Both the position numbers and the translations under genes were made by a program. The notes beneath the pieces are model-generated. The model was not told the DNA's origin. It did no database searches and worked only from the letters and a program-made list of their open reading frames with translations. A stretch of 64,000 bases of DNA from assembly GCF_001194135.2 (NCBI RefSeq), contig NC_068993.1:49950657-50014656 (forward strand), read 5' to 3'. The DNA comes from Octopus bimaculoides (Eukaryota). This document shows positions 1 to 13,308 of this stretch, in pieces (the first letter of the stretch is position 1; every line of letters starts with the position of its first letter).

Positions 1-54
<54 letters not shown>

Positions 55-342
55 TAAATGTTTTTTGTTTTGCTTTTTTTAAAAAAATTTTTGTTATTTT
101 TATTATTGCGTGCTTGCATTTGTTTGTGTGTGTTAGTGTGGTTTGCTGAAATCCTGAAGACCAACTGGGAAAAAAATTATCATTTAAAGCAAAAGAAGAG
201 AATGGAATGGAATTAACATACATTTATATGCAATTACAACACTGAATTCCAAAGAAAATTTTAATTACTGAAAAGAACAGAGAATTGTAATCCTAGCATA
301 AAAATAAAAATAGTTACAACTGGATAAGAAATATGCACACAT

Positions 343-384
<42 letters not shown>

Positions 385-1669
385 ATATATATATGTATAT
401 ATTTATGAAATCATCTTTTGAAACAGTTCTGAAAATAAAAGAGAATTTTAGAATTTTCTGAATGTAATCAAGCATAATGGGATGTTATTTTAGAAAATAT
501 TTACGGGGGTGTGATAGTGGTTGTGTGTGTGTGTGTGTGTGTGTGTGTGCATGGAAGTGGGAATGTGGTTTATTTAAAGTTTTATTGATAAATGATAGCT
601 TGAGTCTGGTGTCTCATGCTGAACTCTTCTCAGAAGTTACGTTATCTCAGAAGTTTCACGCCAAAGTCTTTGTTTAATTGTTGCATTTATTTTTCTCAGT
701 ATGTGTGTATGTGTGTGTGCGCACTTATATGCATTCATTTAAGACCAAAAAGAAGAAAATGCAACTGAAGATTATATGCAGATGTTATGTAAGGAATTTT
801 TGAGACAAAGATCTGTAAATCAAAATCAATAGAGTATTATTTGAAAACAACATAAAGTTTGGCAGTTTGTTCCTGTCACTGGCACTGTGTTGCTTCTGTG
901 TCTAATAGACTTAACTTTCAATGGTCAAGTCCACCTAGTGTTATAGAGGTGCTGCATGCAGTATAATTAAACATCATAGGTTTCAATGGCAGCACTGTAG
1001 ATTTCAGTTACTGAGTTTAATTTACCTACATTTGCATATATACACATACAAACACATATACACATCTCAAGAAAAGCTACCTTTATAGCAACAGAGAACA
1101 TTCTTATATAAGAGATAAAATTCTCTCCCATCTGCTTAATGCTTTGGATAAAACAAAGATAAACCCTATCCTTTATATTTTCTTGAGTTTCAGAAAAGGA
1201 TTAACTTATTTTTAAGGAATCTTGCATAAAAAGAAGTAGAATTTATTTTGAATTGAGAAAATTGAAAATTATCCTTTTCTCAACCATCATATTGTATACT
1301 CAGAGTTTGCTCTGAATGTATGATAAATATATGGGTGACATATACTTACAAAAGCAATCAGTTTTCAGTTTCTTCAGACAATTATATTATCTTATAGAAC
1401 ATTTGGAGTTTCATCTTAATATGCGGGATCGAAACTTATCCTCTAGAGTGTATTCATAATTTCTTAAAATAAAATACTAAGTCTAATACAGGATTCTTCA
1501 AAATGTTATTGTATAAAAAAATTTCCAGCAGTTTAAATTCTGTAGTATTCAATTTCATCATAGGACTTTAGGTATTTACTCCCCTTAAGACACCTTTGGT
1601 ATCTTAATTTGAGTGAATAGAAGGAATACTGGAGTTTTATGGAAATATTCTATGAAATAAAACTTCCTC

Positions 1670-2055
1670 TTTACTTGTCACATACATACATACACATACA
1701 TGCATATGTGCATACATGCATAATACAAACATACATAAAACAAAACATACATGCATATGTATATAAGGTTATATATATATATACATACATACACATACAT
1801 GTATATGTGCATACATGCATGCATATATACATGCATACATACGAACATAAACAAAACATACATACACATACATGCATATGTATATAAGGTTATATATATA
1901 TATATATATACATACATACACATACATGCATGCATATATACATGCATACATACAAACATAAACAAAACATACATACACATACATGCATGCATATATACAA
2001 ACATACATAAAACAAAACACACAAATCTGCACACATACATACATACAAACAAACA
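1670..2055. repeat. Compound CATA/CATG minisatellite with higher-order blocks
   Basis: Repeated catgcatatgtatataaggttatata and aaacataaacaaaacatac blocks. Confidence 0.85.
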
Positions 2056-2184
2056 AAAATACCCTGTTGTTGATGTTGAACTTTCAATGAAGGAGCCTTG
2101 GATCTAGGTTAGAAACCTGTTCTTTCTCTGTTGGCAAGAATCTTGAAATAAAACTGAATAATCACACACACATACACACACACA

Positions 2185-2225
<41 letters not shown>

Positions 2226-2344
2226 TTGAACTGACTTTCTATTTTACTTCGTTATCTTTCTCAAATAGATGGAAGACAAAACTGCCTCTAGCACGTTTTG
2301 AATCAGCAACAGTGAGATTTAGAATTATTGATAAAGTTTTTTGG

Positions 2345-2545
2345 TAAAATAATATTGTTGTCTATGTAGGTATTAGTGTATAGCTTAATTAACAGAGCTG
2401 ATAAGTATCATTGACTATATTGGTATTAGCATAGTTAACAGAGCCATTAAAAATTGATGACTATAAAGATATTAGTATATTTTAGTTAACTGATTCAATT
2501 AATATTGGTGACTATATAGGTATGGTTAACTGAACCAAAAAAATG
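2345..2545. repeat. Degenerate tandem repeat with units of about 45-55 bp
   Basis: Recurring atagttaac(a/t)ga...attgatgactata. Confidence 0.6.
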
Positions 2546-3407
2546 ACTAAAAAAATGTCATTAAATTGTTTTTATAGTTTAGTTTATCCATTGGGAATCA
2601 CTCATTCTCCCAATACTTTTTAAGAATCTTATAAAGCTAAATTTGATATTGATTTTCGGGGAGTATTTTTAAAAGCTCAAGTACTGAATTCATTGGTGAT
2701 TTGTTTTTATAGAACCATCTTGAATGGATGTGTAATTTCTGACTACAGTAATAATGATTATATTACCAACTTGTAATAGCAATCTTATTAGCTTCAGAAA
2801 TATTAATTAATGTATGTACATTAATCAGTATATATTCTTCACAGATCGTGGTCAATAGTAATATACTTCTATCATATTGCTCTGTATTAGGAAATTTCTA
2901 GCTAACCAACACATGTTTTGTTTAAGATTTGTTAAACAATTTATATTTAAATCTGAATCCCAATTTAAAGATATTAAAAGGAACATATTTTCTTAGAAAC
3001 TGCATTTGTTTGTTTTATTGTTTCATCTAAAAGGAATACATACAGAAATAACCCAGCTTCATATTTTGACGAACACCTTCATATATGAAACCTAGCATCA
3101 GCTGATTTGTTACATGTAAATTAATTATTGTTTTAACTATTTTGACCCTAGCTCATGTGAGACCACTACTTTCGATTATTTGATACAAAATCACATATTT
3201 TAAAGTGTTCATATTTAAGATAAAATCTTCCCCTCATCAGTTCATGTTAGGACGTTGTACTAAGTTATGTTCTTGGTATCAGATTTAATACAAATGTCAA
3301 AAGTTATTTTGCAAAATGAAAACTTAGTTATTTAGCTCAATCCATCAAATTCTTCATAAAAAGCACAAAATCGTTGAAGCACCTACATTTCATCATAAAT
3401 CTGGTCA

Positions 3408-3581
3408 AGGGCAGTGAGCAAGCAGAAACAGAATGCTAGGCAAAATCCTTAACCACATTACTTCCAACATTTTATATTCTGAGTTCAGCTTCCACTAAGG
3501 TCAGCTTTGCTTTTGATCCATTGAGGCTTGATAAAATAAGTACTAGTCAAGCACTGAAGTTGATGTAGAAATGACTATTAC

Positions 3582-3650
<69 letters not shown>

Positions 3651-3975
3651 GTTGGGCATTGAACTGGCAGAATTGTTTGCAAGTTGGGCAGAATGTTCAG
3701 TTCTGAGTTCAAATTCTGCCGGGTTCAACTTTGCCTTTCATCCTTTCGGAGTGGATAATTAAGTACCCAAAATTTCAGGCCTTGTGCATTTAGTAGACAG
3801 GATTATTATTATTATTATTGCAATGAATCAGTAGGGTTGCTAGAGCATTAAAAAAATTACTTGACAATTTTTGTCCATGACCAGTTTAACTTCCCATCCC
3901 TTTGGGGGTCAATGGTATCAACTATCCTTTCCCTTCAAAAACGCTAGCCCTGTGCCTAAATTGGAAACGGTTATT
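3408..3975 (+). mobile_element. Three head-to-tail family A tRNA-SINE copies separated by (ATT)n
   Basis: ctggcagaa...gttctgagttcaaattc...actttgcctttcatcctttcgg; copies at about 3408-3575, 3652-3815 and 3830-3975. Confidence 0.8.
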
Positions 3976-4074
3976 TTTGTTATTCTTCATTGTTATTCTT
4001 CATTACATGCTCTGGATATAAAATCTTTAGTTTTTTTGTTCTTTTTTCTAAAAACTGTCAAACCTTATCAAATG

Positions 4075-4335
4075 TAGTACTTTTCTAAGACTATGAGCTG
4101 TTCTAAGGAGGTTAGATTTTTGACCACTCACATATCTTGTCTTGATGCTAAACCATTCTTGGTGATGCATTAATTATGGGGGATAGAATCTAATTCACCG
4201 ATGATAATTGGAATGACTTCTATTTTTGCTACTGGACATACCCACATTCTTGAGATTTCTGCTGCTAACTCAGCATTTTTGGAAATCAATTCCACTTTTT
4301 TGTTGGCAATTTTTGCTTCCTTTTTTGCATCTGAT
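4075..4335 (-). mobile_element. R4/Dong-type non-LTR retrotransposon, RLE endonuclease C-terminus (degraded)
   Basis: ELAAEISRMW...KIEVIPIIIGELDSIP, then (frameshifted) L(G)TAHSLRKVL, resembling DLA.EI.RMW...VIPIVIGALG.IP...LLGTAHILRKVL. An (AAT)n tract lies at the 5' side. Confidence 0.8.
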
Positions 4336-5454
4336 GTTATTATTATTATTATTATTTTTTTTTTAATAAGGTGGAAGAATGCCAGAAATGGTAGATCTCT
4401 AGACTTACAAATGCTCTATACTATTTAGTATCAATACATTACACTCATGTTCAAATCTTACCAAGGTTGATTCTATATTTCAGCTTCATAGAGTCGCTAA
4501 AACAAACAAGTTGAGGTGGAGCCTATTTACTCTTCTCCACTCCTCTTTCTACAATTTTCTGACTTTCTACAGGTATGGCAGGAATCGTAGGAAATTTTGC
4601 TGCATTGATCTTTGGGTTTACAGTTTACTTACACCCATGGGATTAAATCCTCTCCAAGCTTTTTTAAACACCATGTTTTGATGTTTTTATTGTTATCTAA
4701 CTCCATGTCAACTCCTGATCCAGCAGATCTGTGGTCAAAGGTGTTCCCATTGTGATCACACTAACTTCTATTCAGACAAGGTGTAACCAATATAAATTTT
4801 TTGTTTTTGTTGTTGTATGTAAGATGACAAAGTGTGATTTGATGGAAGTTTAGTTACTGTCTCCGGCAGGTTGAGAGATCATATTCAAGCACTTCCATTG
4901 GCTTTCTCAGCTGCTAAGATGATGTTTGCAAGTGAGAGGTGTCAACGAAATCAATCAAGCAACTTTGTAGAATGCAGTGCTGAAGTTGTACTGTTGAAGT
5001 AGCTCCTTTGTGGTGCAAAGTTAACTAGTAGAGTGGTAGCATGCATTAGCACCTTTACAATAATAGTAATAATAATAATAGTAATAATAATAATAATAAT
5101 GACAATAGTAATAGCATTAGGGCATTGGTAGTAATAATTCAATAGCAGCAATTGCGTCAGCATTGTGCAGTAATCGTTATAAATTACTAACCATCTCCCC
5201 CAAGTGTTCTGAGCGGCTGTACTTTAGCCATTAATATTGCCCCCTGTTTAACTGAAATGCATATTTTGCTGCACAGCTAATTGTGCACACACGTAGTAAT
5301 AACCTTGCATAATTAAAGTATTAAATAGCATTTTGCTATTTCTGACACCATCTCTGAGTCACACACTCGACTCTGTCACTTTCAGTAGCACTTCCCTCTC
5401 TCCCTCCGTTTCAGTTTCCTTTCTCTCTCTCTCTCCCTCTCTCTTCCCCCCCCC

Positions 5455-6417
5455 NNNNNNNNNNNNNNNNNNNNNNNNNNNNNNNNNNNNNNNNNNNNNN
5501 NNNNNNNNNNNNNNNNNNNNNNNNNNNNNNNNNNNNNNNNNNNNNNNNNNNNNNNNNNNNNNNNNNNNNNNNNNNNNNNNNNNNNNNNNNNNNNNNNNNN
5601 NNNNNNNNNNNNNNNNNNNNNNNNNNNNNNNNNNNNNNNNNNNNNNNNNNNNNNNNNNNNNNNNNNNNNNNNNNNNNNNNNNNNNNNNNNNNNNNNNNNN
5701 NNNNNNNNNNNNNNNNNNNNNNNNNNNNNNNNNNNNNNNNNNNNNNNNNNNNNNNNNNNNNNNNNNNNNNNNNNNNNNNNNNNNNNNNNNNNNNNNNNNN
5801 NNNNNNNNNNNNNNNNNNNNNNNNNNNNNNNNNNNNNNNNNNNNNNNNNNNNNNNNNNNNNNNNNNNNNNNNNNNNNNNNNNNNNNNNNNNNNNNNNNNN
5901 NNNNNNNNNNNNNNNNNNNNNNNNNNNNNNNNNNNNNNNNNNNNNNNNNNNNNNNNNNNNNNNNNNNNNNNNNNNNNNNNNNNNNNNNNNNNNNNNNNNN
6001 NNNNNNNNNNNNNNNNNNNNNNNNNNNNNNNNNNNNNNNNNNNNNNNNNNNNNNNNNNNNNNNNNNNNNNNNNNNNNNNNNNNNNNNNNNNNNNNNNNNN
6101 NNNNNNNNNNNNNNNNNNNNNNNNNNNNNNNNNNNNNNNNNNNNNNNNNNNNNNNNNNNNNNNNNNNNNNNNNNNNNNNNNNNNNNNNNNNNNNNNNNNN
6201 NNNNNNNNNNNNNNNNNNNNNNNNNNNNNNNNNNNNNNNNNNNNNNNNNNNNNNNNNNNNNNNNNNNNNNNNNNNNNNNNNNNNNNNNNNNNNNNNNNNN
6301 NNNNNNNNNNNNNNNNNNNNNNNNNNNNNNNNNNNNNNNNNNNNNNNNNNNNNNNNNNNNNNNNNNNNNNNNNNNNNNNNNNNNNNNNNNNNNNNNNNNN
6401 NNNNNNNNNNNNNNNNN
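5455..6417. other. Assembly gap. Others: 7195-7808, 8811-9021, 13710-13719, 17223-17608, 18301-18618, 24077-24461, 25418-25936, 42424-42433, 46646-47013, 50791-51099.
   Basis: N runs, mostly abutting microsatellites. Confidence 0.99.
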
Positions 6418-6556
6418 CACACACATATATACAGACACACACACACTCACACAGACACACAGACACACACACACACACATACACACATAAATTTTCTTTT
6501 TGTTACTGACACATGCATGACTCTTTCTCTGTCCCAGAAATACAAATGCAACTATA

Positions 6557-6593
<37 letters not shown>

Positions 6594-6597
6594 GAAC

Positions 6598-6634
<37 letters not shown>

Positions 6635-7808
6635 CACACACACAGACGCACATATATATATATGTGTGTGTGTGTGTGTGTATGTGTGCGTGTACAGATA
6701 TATATGTGTGTGTGTGTGTGTGTGTTTGTGTGTGTATACAGACACACACATACACATACATGCAAACACTCACACACTCAGAAACATTAAATAACCATCA
6801 TATAATTACTATACATATAATTGAAATGCATAAACAACATTCTGCCAGCTTGTGGCACATGCAGATTGCACAATATACGCACACATATACACACATGCAC
6901 ATTACACAATATACGCACACATATACACACATGCACATTACACACACGTGTCTTCTTCTAATTCAGTTTACATTCTCTTCCAATTATTACAACCCTGCTG
7001 CTGTTTCCAGATTCCTCTCTCTCTCTCTCTTTCTCTCTCTTCCCCATCCTTAGTTTCTAACTTCTCCCCTGTCTCCCCCCACCCCCACCCCGACAACAAT
7101 TACCCTTCCCTTCTTCTTCTTCCACCCCAATATTTCCCCAAATCAGTTCCCTCCCTTCCACCTCCTGTAATAATAGTTACTCCATTCTCCCCTGGNNNNN
7201 NNNNNNNNNNNNNNNNNNNNNNNNNNNNNNNNNNNNNNNNNNNNNNNNNNNNNNNNNNNNNNNNNNNNNNNNNNNNNNNNNNNNNNNNNNNNNNNNNNNN
7301 NNNNNNNNNNNNNNNNNNNNNNNNNNNNNNNNNNNNNNNNNNNNNNNNNNNNNNNNNNNNNNNNNNNNNNNNNNNNNNNNNNNNNNNNNNNNNNNNNNNN
7401 NNNNNNNNNNNNNNNNNNNNNNNNNNNNNNNNNNNNNNNNNNNNNNNNNNNNNNNNNNNNNNNNNNNNNNNNNNNNNNNNNNNNNNNNNNNNNNNNNNNN
7501 NNNNNNNNNNNNNNNNNNNNNNNNNNNNNNNNNNNNNNNNNNNNNNNNNNNNNNNNNNNNNNNNNNNNNNNNNNNNNNNNNNNNNNNNNNNNNNNNNNNN
7601 NNNNNNNNNNNNNNNNNNNNNNNNNNNNNNNNNNNNNNNNNNNNNNNNNNNNNNNNNNNNNNNNNNNNNNNNNNNNNNNNNNNNNNNNNNNNNNNNNNNN
7701 NNNNNNNNNNNNNNNNNNNNNNNNNNNNNNNNNNNNNNNNNNNNNNNNNNNNNNNNNNNNNNNNNNNNNNNNNNNNNNNNNNNNNNNNNNNNNNNNNNNN
7801 NNNNNNNN

Positions 7809-8312
7809 GTCTGAATTGATATTCTTGTGGTGGCTGTGGTGGTTGATGCAGAGTCCCTCTCAAATCGGTGGTGGTGGTGGTGGTGGTGGTGGTGGTGGTT
7901 GAGAGGATGTTACTTGCTGTTGTTGTTGGTGTTGTTGTTGTTGTTGTTGTGGTGGTGGAGAGGATGTTACTGTGATTGTTGTTGTGGAGGAGGAGGTAGT
8001 GACAATGGTGATGGTTGTTGTGGTTGAGAGGATGTTGTTGTTGTTGCTGTTGTTGTGGTGGTGGTTGAGGTTGAAAGGATGTTCCTGTGATTGTTGTGGG
8101 GATTTAATGTAGAGATTTTGTTGTGGCTGTTGTGCAAATTGAGATGATGTTATTGTTGTGGTTGCAGTTGTTAACATTCTTGTCATGTTCCTTGTGGCAT
8201 GAGTTTAAGGAGCTCATGTTATTGGCGTTCTTAGTGATGGTGATGGCCATGGTGATGCAATTTTGCCTTGGTTAGGTTTGCCTGTTTATCATAAGAGATT
8301 TTAGTACTAGTG

Positions 8313-8344
<32 letters not shown>

Positions 8345-9168
8345 CATAGTATAGCTTCTGGTCAGCTCTGCTTGAGCAGTCTTACAATCAAAGAGGCTTT
8401 CTAGCCACGGTCACACCATCTTATGGAAACAGTGTCTCTGGGACACATTATCCAGAGATTAGGCTACTATTTTTAGTAGCTCTAATGACCATATTACAGC
8501 CTCCCTTCTTATGGTTGTATTTGTGTTGTTGTTGGCACTCCATCGCTTACAACGTTGAGGGTTCCAGTTGATCCGATCAACGGAACAACCTGCTCGTGAA
8601 ATTAACGTGCAAGTGGCTGAGCACTCCACAGACACGTGCACCCGTAACATAGTTCTCGGGGATATTCAGCGTGACACGGTGTGACAAGGCTGACCCTTTG
8701 AATTACAGGCACAACAGAAACAGGAAGAAAGAGTGAGAGAAAGTTGTGGTGGAAGGGTACAGCAGGGTTCACCACCATCCCCTGCCGGAGCCTCGTGGAG
8801 CTTTAGGTGTNNNNNNNNNNNNNNNNNNNNNNNNNNNNNNNNNNNNNNNNNNNNNNNNNNNNNNNNNNNNNNNNNNNNNNNNNNNNNNNNNNNNNNNNNN
8901 NNNNNNNNNNNNNNNNNNNNNNNNNNNNNNNNNNNNNNNNNNNNNNNNNNNNNNNNNNNNNNNNNNNNNNNNNNNNNNNNNNNNNNNNNNNNNNNNNNNN
9001 NNNNNNNNNNNNNNNNNNNNNAGTGGTGGTGGGGGTAGTGGTGGGGGTGGTTTAATTACAAAACATTGTGATGGTACTGGTTGTAGCTGAGGTTGTGATG
9101 ATGGTGCTAGTCATTGTTGGGGTGATTGTGGCAACAGTGGAATTGGTAATAGCTGTTGTAATGTTGTT

Positions 9169-9239
<71 letters not shown>

Positions 9240-9580
9240 ACAGTGATTTTGGAGTGATGATGAGGCTTATGGTGCAGTGGAGTAAGTGGTAGTGATCGTT
9301 ATAGTTGTTGGGGAAGCAAGATAATTTTGATGGAGGCAATAATTGTGTTGCTGAAGATGATGGCAATGATGATGATGATGATGATGACGATGATGATGGT
9401 AGTAACTGGTGGTAGCGACTGGAGTGGAAACGATGGTTGTAATGATGAAATTGTGAAGGTGGTGGTGGTGGTGGTGGTGGTGGTTATAATGATGGTGACA
9501 GGTGGTGGAGTTTTGTTGATTATGATGGTGTGTTGCTTATGGCGGTGGTGTTGGTGGTGGTTTTTAACAATGCTGGAGTA
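7809..9580. repeat. Mosaic (GTT)/(GGT)/(AGT)/(GAT) trinucleotide tracts flanking a SINE and gaps
   Basis: Direct reading; recurring gagaggatgtt spacer at 7900-8085. Confidence 0.85.
8525..8810 (-). mobile_element. SINE (family C), young CpG-rich copy, head lost in a gap
   Basis: Reverse complement has ...gtctgtggagtgctcagccacttgcacgttaatttcacgagcagg...ggagtgccaacaacaac, the tail of a recalled octopus SINE. Confidence 0.85.
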
Positions 9581-11983
9581 GTCTGTGGCACTGTCCACTT
9601 CCGACTGTCTTCAAGCTCTAGTTACTTAATTGGAAGAATTAATGGTTGCTAGTTACATATGCTCTCACATTCTCATTTACATACACTCTCACTCATATTC
9701 ACTCATTCATTCAAACACACACTTTCACTCTTATACATGCACCTTTTTATATCCATGCATATTCACACACACACCCACACACACACACACACTTGCGCAC
9801 ACGCATTTCCTAAGACAATTTCATTCCAGACACACACACACACACACACACACACTTACACATGTACACCTACAAACACATTCATATGTATACAAGCACA
9901 TACTCAGTCACACACACACACACAAGCATTAACATACACACACATCAATATGTACACAGGTACCCACGCTTTGGCATCACACACTACTGATGCAAACTGA
10001 TACGCTTCGAAGAAACCACCAAGACAATTATTTACACACTCACAAACATCACCCTTTGCTCAGTTTAACCCTGCCACCTAGCCCTTGGATACTTCAGAAG
10101 AGTCCCCTATTCTGAAGTAAGCATTTGTGAAAAGTTCCCAACTTAATGATAAGTTTCTCTTTTTCTTTCTCACCAATCTCTAAGTTTCTAAAAAAAAATC
10201 TAAACAATGCTTGAACATCCCTGACTAAGTCATTACAATAAAAGATGTTACCAGAAATCATATGTGATTATACATGCATATAGTGTGAATTTCACCTACA
10301 TTTGAGCATGTATTCTCCCCATATCTCTCACACACATGCACATTTGCACATTTACACAGATATAAACATTCATACACTGTTCTTCACCTTTTTTAAAACA
10401 TGCATATGTTGACATAAGTATATACTTACAAATAAATGCAGAGAAATATACACATAAAAATACATACATACACACAGGCCCATATATATGTGCTTGTGTG
10501 TAAAATATATATTTAGATATGTTTAAATACATAACATTCACATAGATATATACATGTTTTGTGGGTATGCATTTGTATGCTTGCGTACATATTCATAGTT
10601 CCTTAACTATTACTTGCATATTTACAACCTTATATACACAATTATATATTGATATACATCCAGTCATACTCAATAACCCATCCACTCATACTCCATAATT
10701 CACCTGCTTATACTCAATGATACAAAATGATACATTAGCTCATACTCAGTACTATAGCCATTCATACTCAACAATATATCTTCATTTATTCAACTCACAT
10801 GCAGTAATACATCCATTTATATTTAATAAAATATCCACTTATATATACTTAACGATATCTCCATTTACACACAAAGATATGTCCACTTATAGACAGATAC
10901 ATCTGCAGAAGTTTGTATGTGTGTGTGTGTGTTTGTGTATCCCCATCAACTACTCGCATTTAAACATTCTTGACTCACACATACTCTTTCCTACTTAAAC
11001 ATTCCCTCACACATGCACATGTTCATGCTTAATTCTTTTTCTCCCACCCTTTTAAGCAGATACAAACTTCACACACAAACACATGTAAACACAAACTCAT
11101 GCACATGTGCGTGCAGACAAACTCATTTAAGACACACACACACATACACACTCAGAGATTTAAATACCCGAAGTGTACCTATTAAGCCTCATATATCCAC
11201 CCATTATGTCTTTGGCATCATTAGAACCCCCACCGAGGAAAATGCTGCCAACTTAGCTGGACACTAGCTGACCAGAAGCTAACATGGATCGTTGTCTAGC
11301 TGTTTGCTTTATTCTGTCCTTTTTATGGTCAGCCGGTCAGTTGTCGTGTCCACCATTAAATAGCCTTCCAGTAAGGTGCCACAGCAGGGCCACTCCCCGG
11401 ACTCTTTTTGAAGTGCCTCATTTTGAAATGGACTCTCATTCTGTTATTACAGCATTCTTGGAAGTCCCCACTTGTTTTTGCAAATCTATTAAGAGTATGT
11501 GTGTGTGTGTGTGTGTGTGTGATAGAACTTTCAACCTCACCACCCTCTCCTGCAACCTTAATTATAGAACTTTTGAATTCCAGTTGTAGTCATTGGTGAT
11601 GATGTGATGCAAAACAAAGACATTGTCCTCTGGTCTATCGCAGTACATACCAATCTAAGTGTTATGACTGGTGGGATCCATAAGCACTTGTTTTTCTTCT
11701 CTCCTTTTCTTTTGAATCTTTCTCTTTCCTCTTTTTCACTCCTGCTCTTCACCCCTTCTTTTTCACAAACACTCTCTCCTTTTTTTTCTCTCTTTACTTC
11801 TTGCTTTCTCCTTTACTTTCTCATTCTACCTATCACTCTCCCCTTTACTATTTCTCTTTCTCTTTCTCTCCTCCTTTTCTTTTTGCTTCTTCCCTTTGAC
11901 CTGTTCTCAACACTTTGTAGCTCATTCTCTCTTTTTACATCACACATTATTTTCACTTTTATCTGTCTGTTTGTCAGTCTCTC

Positions 11984-12018
<35 letters not shown>

Positions 12019-12572
12019 ATCTCTATCTCTCTCTCTCTGTCTGTCTGTCTGTCTCTCTCTCTCTGTCTCTCTCTCTCTCTCTCTCTCATAATCTATTCAT
12101 CTGGTCATCATATCTTTATCCTCCTCTTACTTTCCACAGTATATATCACAGTGAAAGAAGCCTATCTCTACCTCAGAGACAAGTTGTACAAGGAAGAAGA
12201 GTTCACTTATGACAAATAAACTAATTTAATCATATATAACAACTATACATGTGTGTGTGTGTATGCAATTGTATATATATATATGTGTGTGAGAGTGTTT
12301 GTGCCTGTCTGTGTGTATGTATGTATATATATATGTATCTGTACGTGACAATACTATAAGCAAATGGTGAAATTTGATTAGTCTGTTATTTTTGATATAA
12401 TAAACATATCTGTTCACTCTGCATGTTTATTGAATTCTGTATCAGATAATGTTTGCACCACAAATAACATATATCTGTATTAAGATATATGTATACAGTA
12501 TGTATATATGTATGTGTGTCTATATATATATGTTTCTCCACGTGCGGTTAACACAACCCCACTATTTACTGA

Positions 12573-12648
<76 letters not shown>

Positions 12649-12653
<5 letters not shown>

Positions 12654-13080
12654 TTGGAAATGTGCTGTGCGTGAGAAGACCCGGCAAGCCAAGTAAGATC
12701 GTTGCCAGTGCCCCTGGACTGGTTCTTGTGCGGGTGGCACATGAGATGCACCATTTTGAGCGTGGCCGTTGCCAGTACCGCCTGACTGGCTCCCGTAGGA
12801 TTTTCGAGCGAGATCGTTGCCAGTGCCCCTGGACTGGCTTTTGTGCGGGTGGCACATAAAAGACACCATTTCGAGCGTGGCCGTTTTCGTGCGGGTGACA
12901 CGTAAAAGCACCCACTACACTCTCTGAGTGGTTGGCGTTAGGAAGGGCATCCAGCTGTAGAAACTCTGCCAAATTAGACTGGAGCCTGGTGTTGCCATCC
13001 GGTTTCACCAGTCCTCAGTCAAATCGTCCAACCCATGCTAGCATGGAAAGCGGACGTTAAACGATGATGATGATGATGAT
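12649..13080 (+). mobile_element. RTE-clade LINE, 5'-truncated (ORF end plus 3' UTR)
   Basis: ORF terminus DLWKCAVREKTRQAK*. GC-rich UTR with a 75-bp internal duplication (12696-12770 / 12811-12885). Ends acccatgctagcatggaaagcggacgttaaac(gat)n. Confidence 0.85.
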
Positions 13081-13115
13081 ATATATATATATATATGTGC
13101 ATACACATACACTTG

Positions 13116-13300
13116 TATGTAACTCCTATGGAAATGTCAGATCATGGTTTATCTTCCTCCTTGAGTTGGTAGGAGTCATTATGATATAACAGTGACTTCA
13201 ATGTATTCTTGACTAATCTAACATTGGGATCACTAATCTTAGGGAGTTGCCTCTCAAAGTACAAGGCCTTCAGAATGTAGGGTCTTGTTTTGGAATGGTA
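13116..13300 (-). mobile_element. Penelope-like element RT, continuation after the MITE
   Basis: DFYHSKTRPYILKALYF...ISDPNVRLVKNTLKSLLYHN...K...*SDISIG resembles DFYPSI...L.KAL.FA...KSLLF...FDVTMGS. It is collinear with the 14113-14800 piece. Confidence 0.85.
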
Positions 13301-13308
13301 GAAATCTT

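Noticed and set aside
5333-7863. Long ORFs of 228-472 aa in the track (likewise at 17.1-18.8, 24.0-26.1, 46.5-47.1 and 50.7-51.2 kb)
   Set aside because: They span N-gaps and dinucleotide repeats
7860-8186. PolyQ/T/H/P ORF resembling a low-complexity transcription-factor exon
   Set aside because: Explained by GTT/GGT mosaics; no domain or convincing splice sites
12696-12915. CRISPR-like spaced repeats
   Set aside because: Eukaryotic context; internal tandem duplication of the RTE UTR
12480-13008. Several overlapping 110-144 aa ORFs
   Set aside because: GC-rich RTE 3' UTR plus TA/GA microsatellite
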